A stretch of 64,000 bases of DNA, taken from assembly GCA_013166835.1 (NCBI GenBank), contig JABLTI010000001.1:1-64000 (forward strand), given 5' to 3'. The stretch is from Promethearchaeati archaeon (GTDB lineage: Archaea; Asgardarchaeota; Heimdallarchaeia; JABLTI01). Within the stretch, counting starts at the first letter, position 1. Each line of letters begins with the position of its first letter. Positions 9,571 through 18,855 of the stretch are shown in pieces. The notes under the pieces were generated by a model. It ran no database searches. It saw only the letters and a list, made by a program, of their open reading frames with translations, and was not told the origin of the DNA. A program made the translations under genes and the position numbers.

Positions 9571-12500
9571 ATGAAACCTCTCATTAGAATTCTACATTTG
9601 GAAGATAACAAAAACGATGCAGAATTAGTAAAAGAAACTCTATTGATGAAGGAAATTAATTGTGAGATAATTCATGTTGACAATGAGAAAGAGTTCATAG
9701 AAAATCTTGAAAACAATGCTTTTGATGTGATTCTAGCAGATTACAATCTTCCTTCATTCGATGGATTCACAGCTCTAGCTTTGAGTAAAAAACTTGCCCC
9801 CGATATTCCATTCATATTCATCTCAGGTGTTCTAGGTGAAGAATTAGCTATTGAAACTCTAAAAAGGGGTGCTACTGACTACGTAATCAAATCCCGATTG
9901 GAAAGATTGGTCCCATCTGTTGAACGAGCACTAAGAGAACAAGAAGAGAAAGCAAAAAGAATCCTCTTAGAAAGAGAAATAGTAGAACTCGACCAGATGA
10001 TAGGAGAATTAAGAAGCGTTTATCAGCAATTAACAAGAAGAGTTAGGGGTTTTCTCAAAATAGAATTGCCATCAGGAAAATACTCCATTGTAGATAAATT
10101 TCTGGAGGATCTAAGTGGTTATGAAATAAAAGATTGGCAGGAAACGCCGAATTTTATTAATCAAATAATTCATCCCGATTTCAAGAATTATTACAATGAA
10201 AATCTTGAGCAATTCAAAGATGGTATTGTTCCTAAGATGCTTGAATATAAAATTAAGCGAAAAGATGATGAGGAACGCTGGTGGTTGCAGTTCAATCTTG
10301 GAGCTTTTGATGCTGAAGGGCAGCTAACCTCTGTTTCAGCAGTCATTATAGATAACACTGAGGATAAAGAAGCACAAGAAAAATATCAGGATTTGTTTGA
10401 AAATGCAGTAACTGGAATGTATCGATCGGATATTCAAACTGGTGCGTTTCTTGAAGCTAATGAGAAAATGGCAGAGCTTTTTGGGTGTTCCACAATTGAG
10501 GAACTTAAGAAGCTTAGGGCAGCAGATTTCTATGTTGATGAAGACACTCGAAATTTACTAGTTGAGAAATTACTTGAAAAAGGATTTTATGAAGAAGAAA
10601 TAGTTCAAATTAAAAAAATCGATGAAACCTCCTTATGGGTTAGCGAATCCGCAAGTATCTATCCTGAGGAAGGTTATATACAAGGAATCCTAATTGATGT
10701 AACGGAAAGGAAGAAAGCACAAGATGCCTTAATTAGAGATCGCAAGGCTTTTCAATTAATCGCTGAAGCAGCAGTTCAAGCTACTACTACCGAAGAATTG
10801 TGTCAAGTTGTTTTAGATGGTTTAGCTGAAACTTTTTCTTTTGATGCTGGAACTATTAGATTATATAATCCTGAAGATGAAATGTTGTACCCGATAGCAA
10901 TTTTTGGAGTTACAGTAGAGGAAAAGGAAAAACTAAAAGTGATCTCACTGCAAGATGAATCGCATGTAGGTGCACATGTAGCAAGAACTAAGCAGGCAAT
11001 TTTCGCTCCTGACATTATGGATAGTAATTTTCTAAGTAGTATACCACCCCAATTACAAAATTTCTCTGTTAGAGCAAACATAACCTGGCCAATAATTACT
11101 GCTGGGGATGAACTGCTAGGTATTTTGCAATTAGTAAATCATACTCCAAAAATGATTCCTGAAGATGATAGAACTCTTTTTGCTACAATTGCAGATATGC
11201 TAGCTTCAGCACTTGAATACCGTAAAGCAGAAGATGCTTTAAGAGATAGTGAAGAAAAATTCAGAGCTTTTGCAGAGCAATCACTATTGGGTGTTGCACT
11301 AACTAAAATTGATGGGGATTTTCTCTACATTAACAATGTTATTCTTGCAATCTCAGAATATACTCGAGAAGATTTCGAGTCAAGTAAAGTCCGTGACATT
11401 ACTAAAAAGATGTTCTCTTGGCAAGATATAGAACGCTTCAGAGAACAAATTGCAGTAGCGATGGGAGATAATCCAAGCACCTCGAAGATTGAAGAATATC
11501 AACTTACTACAAAAAGTGGAAAATTAAAATGGGTTGCCATACATCTCACACCAATTTTCATTAAAGATGAATATGTTACAGGTGCTGTTGTTTTAGAAAT
11601 AACTGAACAGAAACGTGTTCAACTAACATTAGAAAGAGAAAGAAAAGCATTTCATCTTTTAGCGGAAGCTACAGTGAATGCTAATGATTTAACTGATTTG
11701 TGTCAGCGAATCCTCATAGGATTAACCGATTTATTGCAATACGATAACGGTACTTTCAGATTATATGATAAAGACACGCAAGAGCTTATTCCAATTGCGG
11801 TTGTTTTACAGGATATAGATAAGCAAAGTTTGATTAAACCGTTGAATATTAATGATGAAAGTTATTTGAATACCTATGTAGCTAGAACAAAAGAACCTAT
11901 TTTTGCTCCCGATGTTACTAAACATCCTATTACCAAACAATATCATGAGCGATTGGAACGTTTTGATGCTCAAGGGAATATTACTTGGCCTATTCTAAAC
12001 GCCTTAGGAGAACTTATTGGAACATTACAAATTGTCTCAAATAAACCAAAAGAAATTCCTGAGGAAGATAAGTTTTTCTTTGAGACTATTGTAAGATTCT
12101 TTGCAACAGCCCTTGAAAGAATGTGGTCTGAAGAAGCATTACGAGAAAGTCAAGAATTGTATAGTCGTCTAATTGAAACTTCTCCATTTGCCATTATTAA
12201 CACTGATTTAGAAGGAAAGATAATTACTCTTAATCAGCAAGCATTGAATATTTTAGGGATTACCAATGAAGAGGAAATCTTGGGATCTGATTTCTTCAAT
12301 TTTATTGTACTGGAAGATAGATCAAAAGCAAAGCTTGATGTTCATCTAGCTGCTGAAAAGGGTCTTTTAAGAAATGTCGAGTATTCATTGAAGAATAATT
12401 CTAATCAAATTATCCCATTTGAAACAAGTATCTCAGTAATCCTCAATGATGAACAAAATGCTGAGGCATTTATTTTCATTGGTCAAGATATTTCCTTACG

Positions 12501-13719
12501 AAAAGAAATCGAAGAACAAAGAATGCGTTTAACAAATATAATATCCTTCAGTGAACAAGTAGTTATATCTACTAATCCAAAAGGAGCAATAATTTTTGCA
12601 AATCCTGCAGTTGAGACGGTTTTTGGTTACAAACCAGAAGAGCTAGTCGGTCAATCCATCTCTCTTATGTCAGCTCCTGGTCAAGAAAACCAACAAAGGG
12701 AAATGCTAGAACAAGCAATAGGTTCCGGCAAACTCACTTTTGAGACAGTAAGAAAACATAAGGATGGAACTCTTGTACCTGTAATCATGAATCTTACTGC
12801 AAATCGAGATGAATTAGGAAATATAATATCAATAAATGGATTAATTCTAGATATTTCAGATATGAAGAAATTAGAAGAAACATTGAAGAGTCGGTACCAT
12901 GAGTTTGAAGTACTGAACAAAGTTATTTCTGCTGGTTACAAAGCGGAAAATCTTGAGCAGTTCTTTGATTTTGTTCTAAATACAATTCTAAGTTCACTTA
13001 ATTTCACAGGCGCCGCAATTTATATTCTAAATCAAATAAGCAAAAACGCTGAATTAAAACGCTCTATTGGAATGCCAAAAGCTTTTATCAAAGACCTGCA
13101 AACAATCGACATTAATTCACCGCAATATAAGCAATTATTTGTTGTTGGTGAAACCTACTTTCTAGAGAATTTTGGCTCTGTAGGACAACATTCAAATGTT
13201 GGAGGTATTAAGTCTATAATTTCTGTTCCATTCTTTTCCAAGAATGTTGTAATTGGATCATTATTGCTTTCTTCAAAAGAACAAAGAACCATCTCAAGTG
13301 AAAATCAAAGTGTTTTGGAAGCAATTGGTAGGGATATTGGAACAGCCATAGCGAAATTCATAGTTGAAAAAGAATTGGTAGCAAAACAACTAAGCCTAAT
13401 GAATATTTTTGATGCCTTAAATGAATTGCTAATTGTTATAGACAGTAGCTCTGGTCGACTTGTTATGGCAAATAATACCGCAAAGGAAGAATTCGATTTA
13501 TCTGATAAGAAATTATTAGAAATGACAATTTCTGATTTACATGCAACATCATCAGATGATGATAGTAATGAAAAAATCTTATCATTGTTGAACAACAAAT
13601 CTGGTGAATTCTCCTTACCTCTTAAAATAAGTGGTGGAACCATCATGGAATATAAAATATCATACTTCCTTTATACAATTAATAACCGCGATGTTTTTGT
13701 CTGTCTATTAAGGGAATAG
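9571..13719 (+). CDS. large REC-PAS-GAF sensor protein, paralog of the upstream gene
   Basis: Same REC start and shared RVRGFLK-x-LPSGK PAS; three GAF-like segments; no HisKA/HATPase boxes seen. Confidence 0.85.
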   Translation: MKPLIRILHLEDNKNDAELVKETLLMKEINCEIIHVDNEKEFIENLENNAFDVILADYNLPSFDGFTALALSKKLAPDIPFIFISGVLGEELAIETLKRGATDYVIKSRLERLVPSVERALREQEEKAKRILLEREIVELDQMIGELRSVYQQLTRRVRGFLKIELPSGKYSIVDKFLEDLSGYEIKDWQETPNFINQIIHPDFKNYYNENLEQFKDGIVPKMLEYKIKRKDDEERWWLQFNLGAFDAEGQLTSVSAVIIDNTEDKEAQEKYQDLFENAVTGMYRSDIQTGAFLEANEKMAELFGCSTIEELKKLRAADFYVDEDTRNLLVEKLLEKGFYEEEIVQIKKIDETSLWVSESASIYPEEGYIQGILIDVTERKKAQDALIRDRKAFQLIAEAAVQATTTEELCQVVLDGLAETFSFDAGTIRLYNPEDEMLYPIAIFGVTVEEKEKLKVISLQDESHVGAHVARTKQAIFAPDIMDSNFLSSIPPQLQNFSVRANITWPIITAGDELLGILQLVNHTPKMIPEDDRTLFATIADMLASALEYRKAEDALRDSEEKFRAFAEQSLLGVALTKIDGDFLYINNVILAISEYTREDFESSKVRDITKKMFSWQDIERFREQIAVAMGDNPSTSKIEEYQLTTKSGKLKWVAIHLTPIFIKDEYVTGAVVLEITEQKRVQLTLERERKAFHLLAEATVNANDLTDLCQRILIGLTDLLQYDNGTFRLYDKDTQELIPIAVVLQDIDKQSLIKPLNINDESYLNTYVARTKEPIFAPDVTKHPITKQYHERLERFDAQGNITWPILNALGELIGTLQIVSNKPKEIPEEDKFFFETIVRFFATALERMWSEEALRESQELYSRLIETSPFAIINTDLEGKIITLNQQALNILGITNEEEILGSDFFNFIVLEDRSKAKLDVHLAAEKGLLRNVEYSLKNNSNQIIPFETSISVILNDEQNAEAFIFIGQDISLRKEIEEQRMRLTNIISFSEQVVISTNPKGAIIFANPAVETVFGYKPEELVGQSISLMSAPGQENQQREMLEQAIGSGKLTFETVRKHKDGTLVPVIMNLTANRDELGNIISINGLILDISDMKKLEETLKSRYHEFEVLNKVISAGYKAENLEQFFDFVLNTILSSLNFTGAAIYILNQISKNAELKRSIGMPKAFIKDLQTIDINSPQYKQLFVVGETYFLENFGSVGQHSNVGGIKSIISVPFFSKNVVIGSLLLSSKEQRTISSENQSVLEAIGRDIGTAIAKFIVEKELVAKQLSLMNIFDALNELLIVIDSSSGRLVMANNTAKEEFDLSDKKLLEMTISDLHATSSDDDSNEKILSLLNNKSGEFSLPLKISGGTIMEYKISYFLYTINNRDVFVCLLRE

Positions 13720-13727
13720 GAATTTGA

Positions 13728-14612
13728 TTACGCAATTTTAGTTTCTTTACATTGTATGGCACGTGAGAGAACAATTAATCGTGGGATGCTCGACGGGAGA
13801 ATGACTTGGTCGCATTTAATTAGTCTAATAACAGTTTTGAGAAAAAGATCTTGACCTATATCTTTGGCGAATTCAATTTTGGGGATGCTATAAATAATCA
13901 GCCCTCTTTTACCTAGAACTTCTAGATCCGTCTTTGAAATAAAGAGTTCTTCCTCTTCTCTCACAACCAAAACTTCTCGATCTTCAATAGTTGATAAGGT
14001 TTCACTAATATCAAAGAAAGTAATAGCATGAGCTAAAATCTCAGAAAAATACTCTCCAGTTGTTTTCCCTTTATCTTTAGCATTAGAAACAAACTCGTCA
14101 TAGAGCTTAATTGAAACATTTCTAATTGTAATGTCTTTGAGTTGATCTTTGTTCGATGGATGAGTATATGCTCTTCGCTTTCGAATAATTCCAAGCTGGA
14201 TAATTTTAGGGATATCTCCCAAAAAACTGGTTTTGCATTTTCGAATCAATCTAACGTGTTTTACAAGGGTCGCTGCATCAACGTCTTTCTCAAAGGTTAG
14301 ATCATTAATCTTACTAAATAAAAACATCGTTTTCTCCCCCGCAGAGATGAGATCCTTTTTTGAAACAACCAGCTTTTCTAAATCCCTGATGATTTCAGGA
14401 GCTTTTCCATGACGCGGAGGTCTATGTCTGTCAATAAATTTGCGCCAAGGTTGTTTGTCAATCATAATAATACCGTCAAAAGCATCACCTGCTGATAATC
14501 CGTGTTTCTTTGCATGAACGGTAAATTCCTCGTATAATTCCTTGTTCACTCCACGTAAGGTGATATCTTTCATTTCCCCAATATCTTTCTTCACAACAAA
14601 CATTTTTGACAC
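13728..14612 (-). CDS. internally duplicated protein with two ribbon-helix-helix-like modules (putative regulator)
   Basis: KDITLRGVNKELYEEF...G and KDITIRNVSIKLYDEF...G repeats, each followed by a similar ~90-aa domain. Confidence 0.6.
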   Translation of the reverse strand: MSKMFVVKKDIGEMKDITLRGVNKELYEEFTVHAKKHGLSAGDAFDGIIMIDKQPWRKFIDRHRPPRHGKAPEIIRDLEKLVVSKKDLISAGEKTMFLFSKINDLTFEKDVDAATLVKHVRLIRKCKTSFLGDIPKIIQLGIIRKRRAYTHPSNKDQLKDITIRNVSIKLYDEFVSNAKDKGKTTGEYFSEILAHAITFFDISETLSTIEDREVLVVREEEELFISKTDLEVLGKRGLIIYSIPKIEFAKDIGQDLFLKTVIRLIKCDQVILPSSIPRLIVLSRAIQCKETKIA

Positions 14613-14629
14613 ATCTTGATTCGACTATG

Positions 14630-14710
14630 ATATGTATTATTTGTGTGATATATTAACATTTTGTTTGATTGGACAAAAGAGTTAAATATGTATGATTTGT
14701 ATGATATATT
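14630..14710. repeat. two 25-bp direct repeats in a divergent promoter region
   Basis: ATATGTATTATTTGTGTGATATATT (14630-14654) and ATATGTATGATTTGTATGATATATT (14686-14710); 2 mismatches; internal 9-bp period. Confidence 0.8.
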
Positions 14711-14754
14711 GTTTGAAAAAAAGTAAATGAAATAAAAACAATGGAGCCGTAAAT

Positions 14755-16635
14755 ATGGCAACAAAAGAAGTAAAAAAAGTAACAATAGAATATAACGATT
14801 ATAAACCACAAAAACTTGCAACTGAAAAATACAAATCAGCAAATCAATGGTTTTGGTCTGGGTTAGTACGGTATCCAGGATTAATGTTTACTTCCATGTT
14901 TATAATAATCTTAAATGCTGTAATCAGTGTGTTACCCGGAATCTTACTTGGGTTAGCACTAGATATTTTGGCGGTTGGCGATGATTATTTTAAAACCGTT
15001 GTATTCTCCATTATTGGCGTTGCTTTATTGAGTTGGTTGACTTCCTCATTAAGTGCATATTTATGGAGTTTGGCTAGTTATCGTTTTGAGCGAGATATAC
15101 GACAAGAGTTTTTTGATGTCGTTCAAAATCACTCCATGGCGTTTCATGATGAACATGATTCCGGTGTCCTTTTATCAATGGGAATGAATGAAACAAATCA
15201 AATTCGTTTTTCCTTTACTCCCTCTCTTCGACACTTACTAAATTCATTTCTAAGCATAATTGTTGTTTGTATCTATTTCTTCATTAGAATCCCAGTTGGT
15301 TCAAAAACAATTGGTGTTGCAGATTGGAGAATAGGTCTAGGTATTGTATGTAGCTTTATTATCTATCTTGTTTTAGCCTGGATATATGCTCGAAGAATTG
15401 GTCCTATCCGTAAAGAATTAGCAACAGAACTCGGTAACGTTTCTTCTACATCTCAAGAAACCTTCAGAGGAATTGAGGTTGTTCGATCCTTTGACAGTGA
15501 AACTATAGAAGAAGAGAAATTCACCAAACAAAGTTTGCGACTAGCTGATAAAATAAAACAAGAGGGATTTCTAAGTGCCTTTTATTGGCCAGCTTTGATC
15601 ATGGTAATCGCTACTGCTGTAGTTTTTGGTATTGGTCTTTGGATGGTCTCCAAAAATGATGGGTCCATGAGTATTGGTCAAATAACCTCTATGCTTTCAC
15701 TCCTCCTACAATTAATTATCTTGAATTTCATGGTTCCAATGAGGTTGCTTGGACTTCAAGCAGGTAGGATGAATGCAAAACGAATTTGGGATGTCATGAC
15801 ATTCGCAGATCCTCTAGTTGAACCAATTAAATCACCTGAAGCTGATTGGTCTAGAGACTTAATTTTCGATGATGTAACCTTCTCCTATCCTGGGAAGAAA
15901 AAGAATGTATTGGAGAATGTTTCATTTAGTATTCCTGCTGGTTCTCGAGTTGCTCTTCTGGGCGGTCCCGGGTCGGGTAAAAGCACTATTTTGAAACTCT
16001 TGTTGCGACTTTATGATCCTGATAAAGGTTCAATCCGATTGAATGGTGTGAGTTTTGAGGAAATGCATACTTTCGATGTCAGAAAGGATGTTACCCTTGT
16101 TGAGCAAGATATTTTCTTATTTGGGACATCATTTAGAGAAAACATATCCTTCTCCAAACCTGATGCTACAATCGAAGAAATTCAAACTGCTGCAAAGAGA
16201 GCTCAAATTGCTAAGTTCATTGAGTCAACTCCTGGTGGTTATGAAACTCTCATAGGTGAACGAGGGGTTGATTTATCTGGAGGCCAAAGACAAAGAGTAG
16301 CAATTGCTCGAGCTTTGTTAGCAGATCCCAAACTGCTCTTACTAGACGATTCCACCAGTGCAGTCGATATCAAAACTGAAGTTAGATTGCAGCTAGCTAT
16401 GGCGGAGTTAATCAAGGGGCGAACATCAATCGTTGTCACTCAAAGATTATCAACTTTAGTTGACTCTGATTTAATCATTTTTCTCGATAAAGGCAAGATC
16501 ATCGATATTGGTTCCCATGATGAGTTACTTCGTCGATGTGAAGAATACCAGTTTATGATTAGCTTACTCCCAGTTGGATCGCAATTAATCGAGGATGCGT
16601 TAAAACACAACAAAAGAAATGGAGGAAACAATTAA
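14755..16635 (+). CDS. heterodimeric ABC exporter subunit (degenerate Walker B/H-switch)
   Basis: TMD plus NBD: GGPGSGKS, LSGGQRQ, LDDSTS (E to D), VTQRL (H to Q). Confidence 0.92.
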   Translation: MATKEVKKVTIEYNDYKPQKLATEKYKSANQWFWSGLVRYPGLMFTSMFIIILNAVISVLPGILLGLALDILAVGDDYFKTVVFSIIGVALLSWLTSSLSAYLWSLASYRFERDIRQEFFDVVQNHSMAFHDEHDSGVLLSMGMNETNQIRFSFTPSLRHLLNSFLSIIVVCIYFFIRIPVGSKTIGVADWRIGLGIVCSFIIYLVLAWIYARRIGPIRKELATELGNVSSTSQETFRGIEVVRSFDSETIEEEKFTKQSLRLADKIKQEGFLSAFYWPALIMVIATAVVFGIGLWMVSKNDGSMSIGQITSMLSLLLQLIILNFMVPMRLLGLQAGRMNAKRIWDVMTFADPLVEPIKSPEADWSRDLIFDDVTFSYPGKKKNVLENVSFSIPAGSRVALLGGPGSGKSTILKLLLRLYDPDKGSIRLNGVSFEEMHTFDVRKDVTLVEQDIFLFGTSFRENISFSKPDATIEEIQTAAKRAQIAKFIESTPGGYETLIGERGVDLSGGQRQRVAIARALLADPKLLLLDDSTSAVDIKTEVRLQLAMAELIKGRTSIVVTQRLSTLVDSDLIIFLDKGKIIDIGSHDELLRRCEEYQFMISLLPVGSQLIEDALKHNKRNGGNN

Positions 16636-18692
16636 TGGGGATGCGTGGACACGGCGGAGGACCTATGCGACGTTTATCAATGGAGAAGAAAAAAGCAGCA
16701 CGTCCTTTAGGAGTTTTATTGAAAGCCCTTGGAGGATATCTCGGAAAATACAAAGGTTTACTCATAACCTCTGGGTTAATTAGTCTAGTTTATGCTGGAA
16801 CCCAGATTCTAAATCCATTATTTTTATCGATGGGTATAGATTCTATAGATCCATCAAATTCAGAAATCATTACTCTATTCGGTTATGAAATGTCTGGAAC
16901 AATAGCGGTTATAGTCTTCGCTAGTTTATTTCTAGTCTTAGGATCATTAGGATTCGCAATTAATTCATTTAATACAAGAATACTCTCGAGAGTAAGAGCA
17001 TATATGGTTAATGATATGCGAACAGATACTTATAGCAAATTAATCAACTCATCAATGAATTACATAAAGAAAGAACAAAGTGGAAATATTACTGCGAGAA
17101 TAACCAGTGATTCTGATGAAGTCTCAACAGGAATACAAGTCTTCATTTCAATAGTAGTGCAATTATTCCTACTAGTAGTTACATTCTTTGTAATACTCTT
17201 TCAAATAAACTGGCAAATATTATTGATTTGTTTGGGGTCAATACCATTCGCTTTACTTCTCAGTGGAATTCTTAGTACCGTTGGAAGAAGAATAGTATTA
17301 AGAATTAGAAGAAAATTCGGAGAAGTATCTGGAAAAATGGCTGAAAGTCTTTCTGGAGTAGCTGTTAGCAAATCATTCAATCAAGAAGTAAATCTCTCAA
17401 ATCAAATGAAAGTTTTGAACCAACAATACTACAAAATGAGCATACAATTTGGAATAATGATGAACGTCATTATGCCTATTATCTCAACAGTAAGTTCTAT
17501 TGTTACCTCCTTGATTTTATACGTTGGAGGAGTAATTACCAATTTATCCTATGGAGAAATATTCCTTGGAACAATGTTAGCAGCACAATTTCTCAGACCG
17601 GTTACACACTTGTCAATGATGTTACCAACACTCCAAACATCCTTAGGAGCATTAGATAGAATTCTGGATGTAAAAGAAGCAACACCAGCAATACCAGATG
17701 CACCAAACGCAGAACAACTAAACGAGAATTACTCCATAAAATTCGATAAAGTATGGTTCGCATACGACCTAGACACATGGGTTCTAAAAGATGTTAATTT
17801 AGATGTCAAACAAGGGGAAATGGTTGCCTTGGTTGGGCATACGGGAGCCGGAAAAACGACTCTCGCAAGTATGTTGCTTACCAGGTTCTATGATATCCAA
17901 AAAGGATCAATAAAAATTGGAGAACAAGACATACGTGATGTAACACAACATTCACTCCGGCAATCCATAGGATTAATCCCGCAAGAACCATACCTCTTCA
18001 CGGCTTCTGTATATGATAACATAAAATATGGAAAACCTGATGCAACTGAAGAAGAAATCTACAAAATCTGTCAAATGATTGGTGCTGATACTTTCATCCA
18101 AGCCTTACCTGATGGTTATAATACTATAGTTAGAGAAGGCGGAAAACAACTCAGCGCAGGTCAAAGACAAATAATAACAATCGCAAGAGCAATGCTTTCG
18201 AATCCCCAAATACTCATCCTTGATGAAGCAACTTCTCGATTAGATGCTTATTCCGAATCACTTGTTCAAGATGCTCAAAGAAAACTATTCAAAGATAGAA
18301 CAACCTTTGTTATCGCTCATCGATTATCTACCATTCATGATGCTGATAAAATTGTTGTTTTTGAGAAAGGTGAATTAATGGAAATGGGTACTCATGACGA
18401 ATTAATGAAGAGTGATGGAATCTACGCTGATTTGTATGAGACTTACTACAGTTTCCAAGGTATTGATGCAATCGATATTGAAGCATTCTTAGAAGAAGAT
18501 GAAGAGGAATTTGACTTATCTCCCCAAGCTATGATGGCTTCAGGAAACATTGATCCTGAGAAAATCAAGAAAATGGTAGCAGAAGGAAAACTCCCACCTA
18601 AAGCATTAGAGCACTTAAAACAAATGCAAGAATCAGGTTCATCTGAAATGAAAGTTAAAATGATGAAGAAGAAGAAACATCCTCCACATTAG
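16635..18692 (+). CDS. heterodimeric ABC exporter subunit (consensus Walker B/H-switch)
   Basis: GHTGAGKT, LSAGQRQ, LDEATS, AHRLS; start overlaps the partner's stop codon. Confidence 0.92.
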   Translation: MGMRGHGGGPMRRLSMEKKKAARPLGVLLKALGGYLGKYKGLLITSGLISLVYAGTQILNPLFLSMGIDSIDPSNSEIITLFGYEMSGTIAVIVFASLFLVLGSLGFAINSFNTRILSRVRAYMVNDMRTDTYSKLINSSMNYIKKEQSGNITARITSDSDEVSTGIQVFISIVVQLFLLVVTFFVILFQINWQILLICLGSIPFALLLSGILSTVGRRIVLRIRRKFGEVSGKMAESLSGVAVSKSFNQEVNLSNQMKVLNQQYYKMSIQFGIMMNVIMPIISTVSSIVTSLILYVGGVITNLSYGEIFLGTMLAAQFLRPVTHLSMMLPTLQTSLGALDRILDVKEATPAIPDAPNAEQLNENYSIKFDKVWFAYDLDTWVLKDVNLDVKQGEMVALVGHTGAGKTTLASMLLTRFYDIQKGSIKIGEQDIRDVTQHSLRQSIGLIPQEPYLFTASVYDNIKYGKPDATEEEIYKICQMIGADTFIQALPDGYNTIVREGGKQLSAGQRQIITIARAMLSNPQILILDEATSRLDAYSESLVQDAQRKLFKDRTTFVIAHRLSTIHDADKIVVFEKGELMEMGTHDELMKSDGIYADLYETYYSFQGIDAIDIEAFLEEDEEEFDLSPQAMMASGNIDPEKIKKMVAEGKLPPKALEHLKQMQESGSSEMKVKMMKKKKHPPH

Positions 18693-18707
18693 ATTTAGTT
18701 AGTTAAG

Positions 18708-18736
18708 GCAACAAAATTAGCTTGTTGCTCTTTTTT
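18708..18736 (+). terminator. hairpin plus T-tract terminator after the ABC operon
   Basis: GCAACAA-aattagc-TTGTTGC followed by TCTTTTTT. Confidence 0.6.
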
Positions 18737-18855
18737 CCTTTTTATTCTCCTATAATGAATTCGCATAGAAAACATTAAATTACTCTCACATATAAATAAT
18801 CGAAGTTAATTGTTCAACTACTATCCATTTTACCTAAAGGTGGAAAAAGCATACC

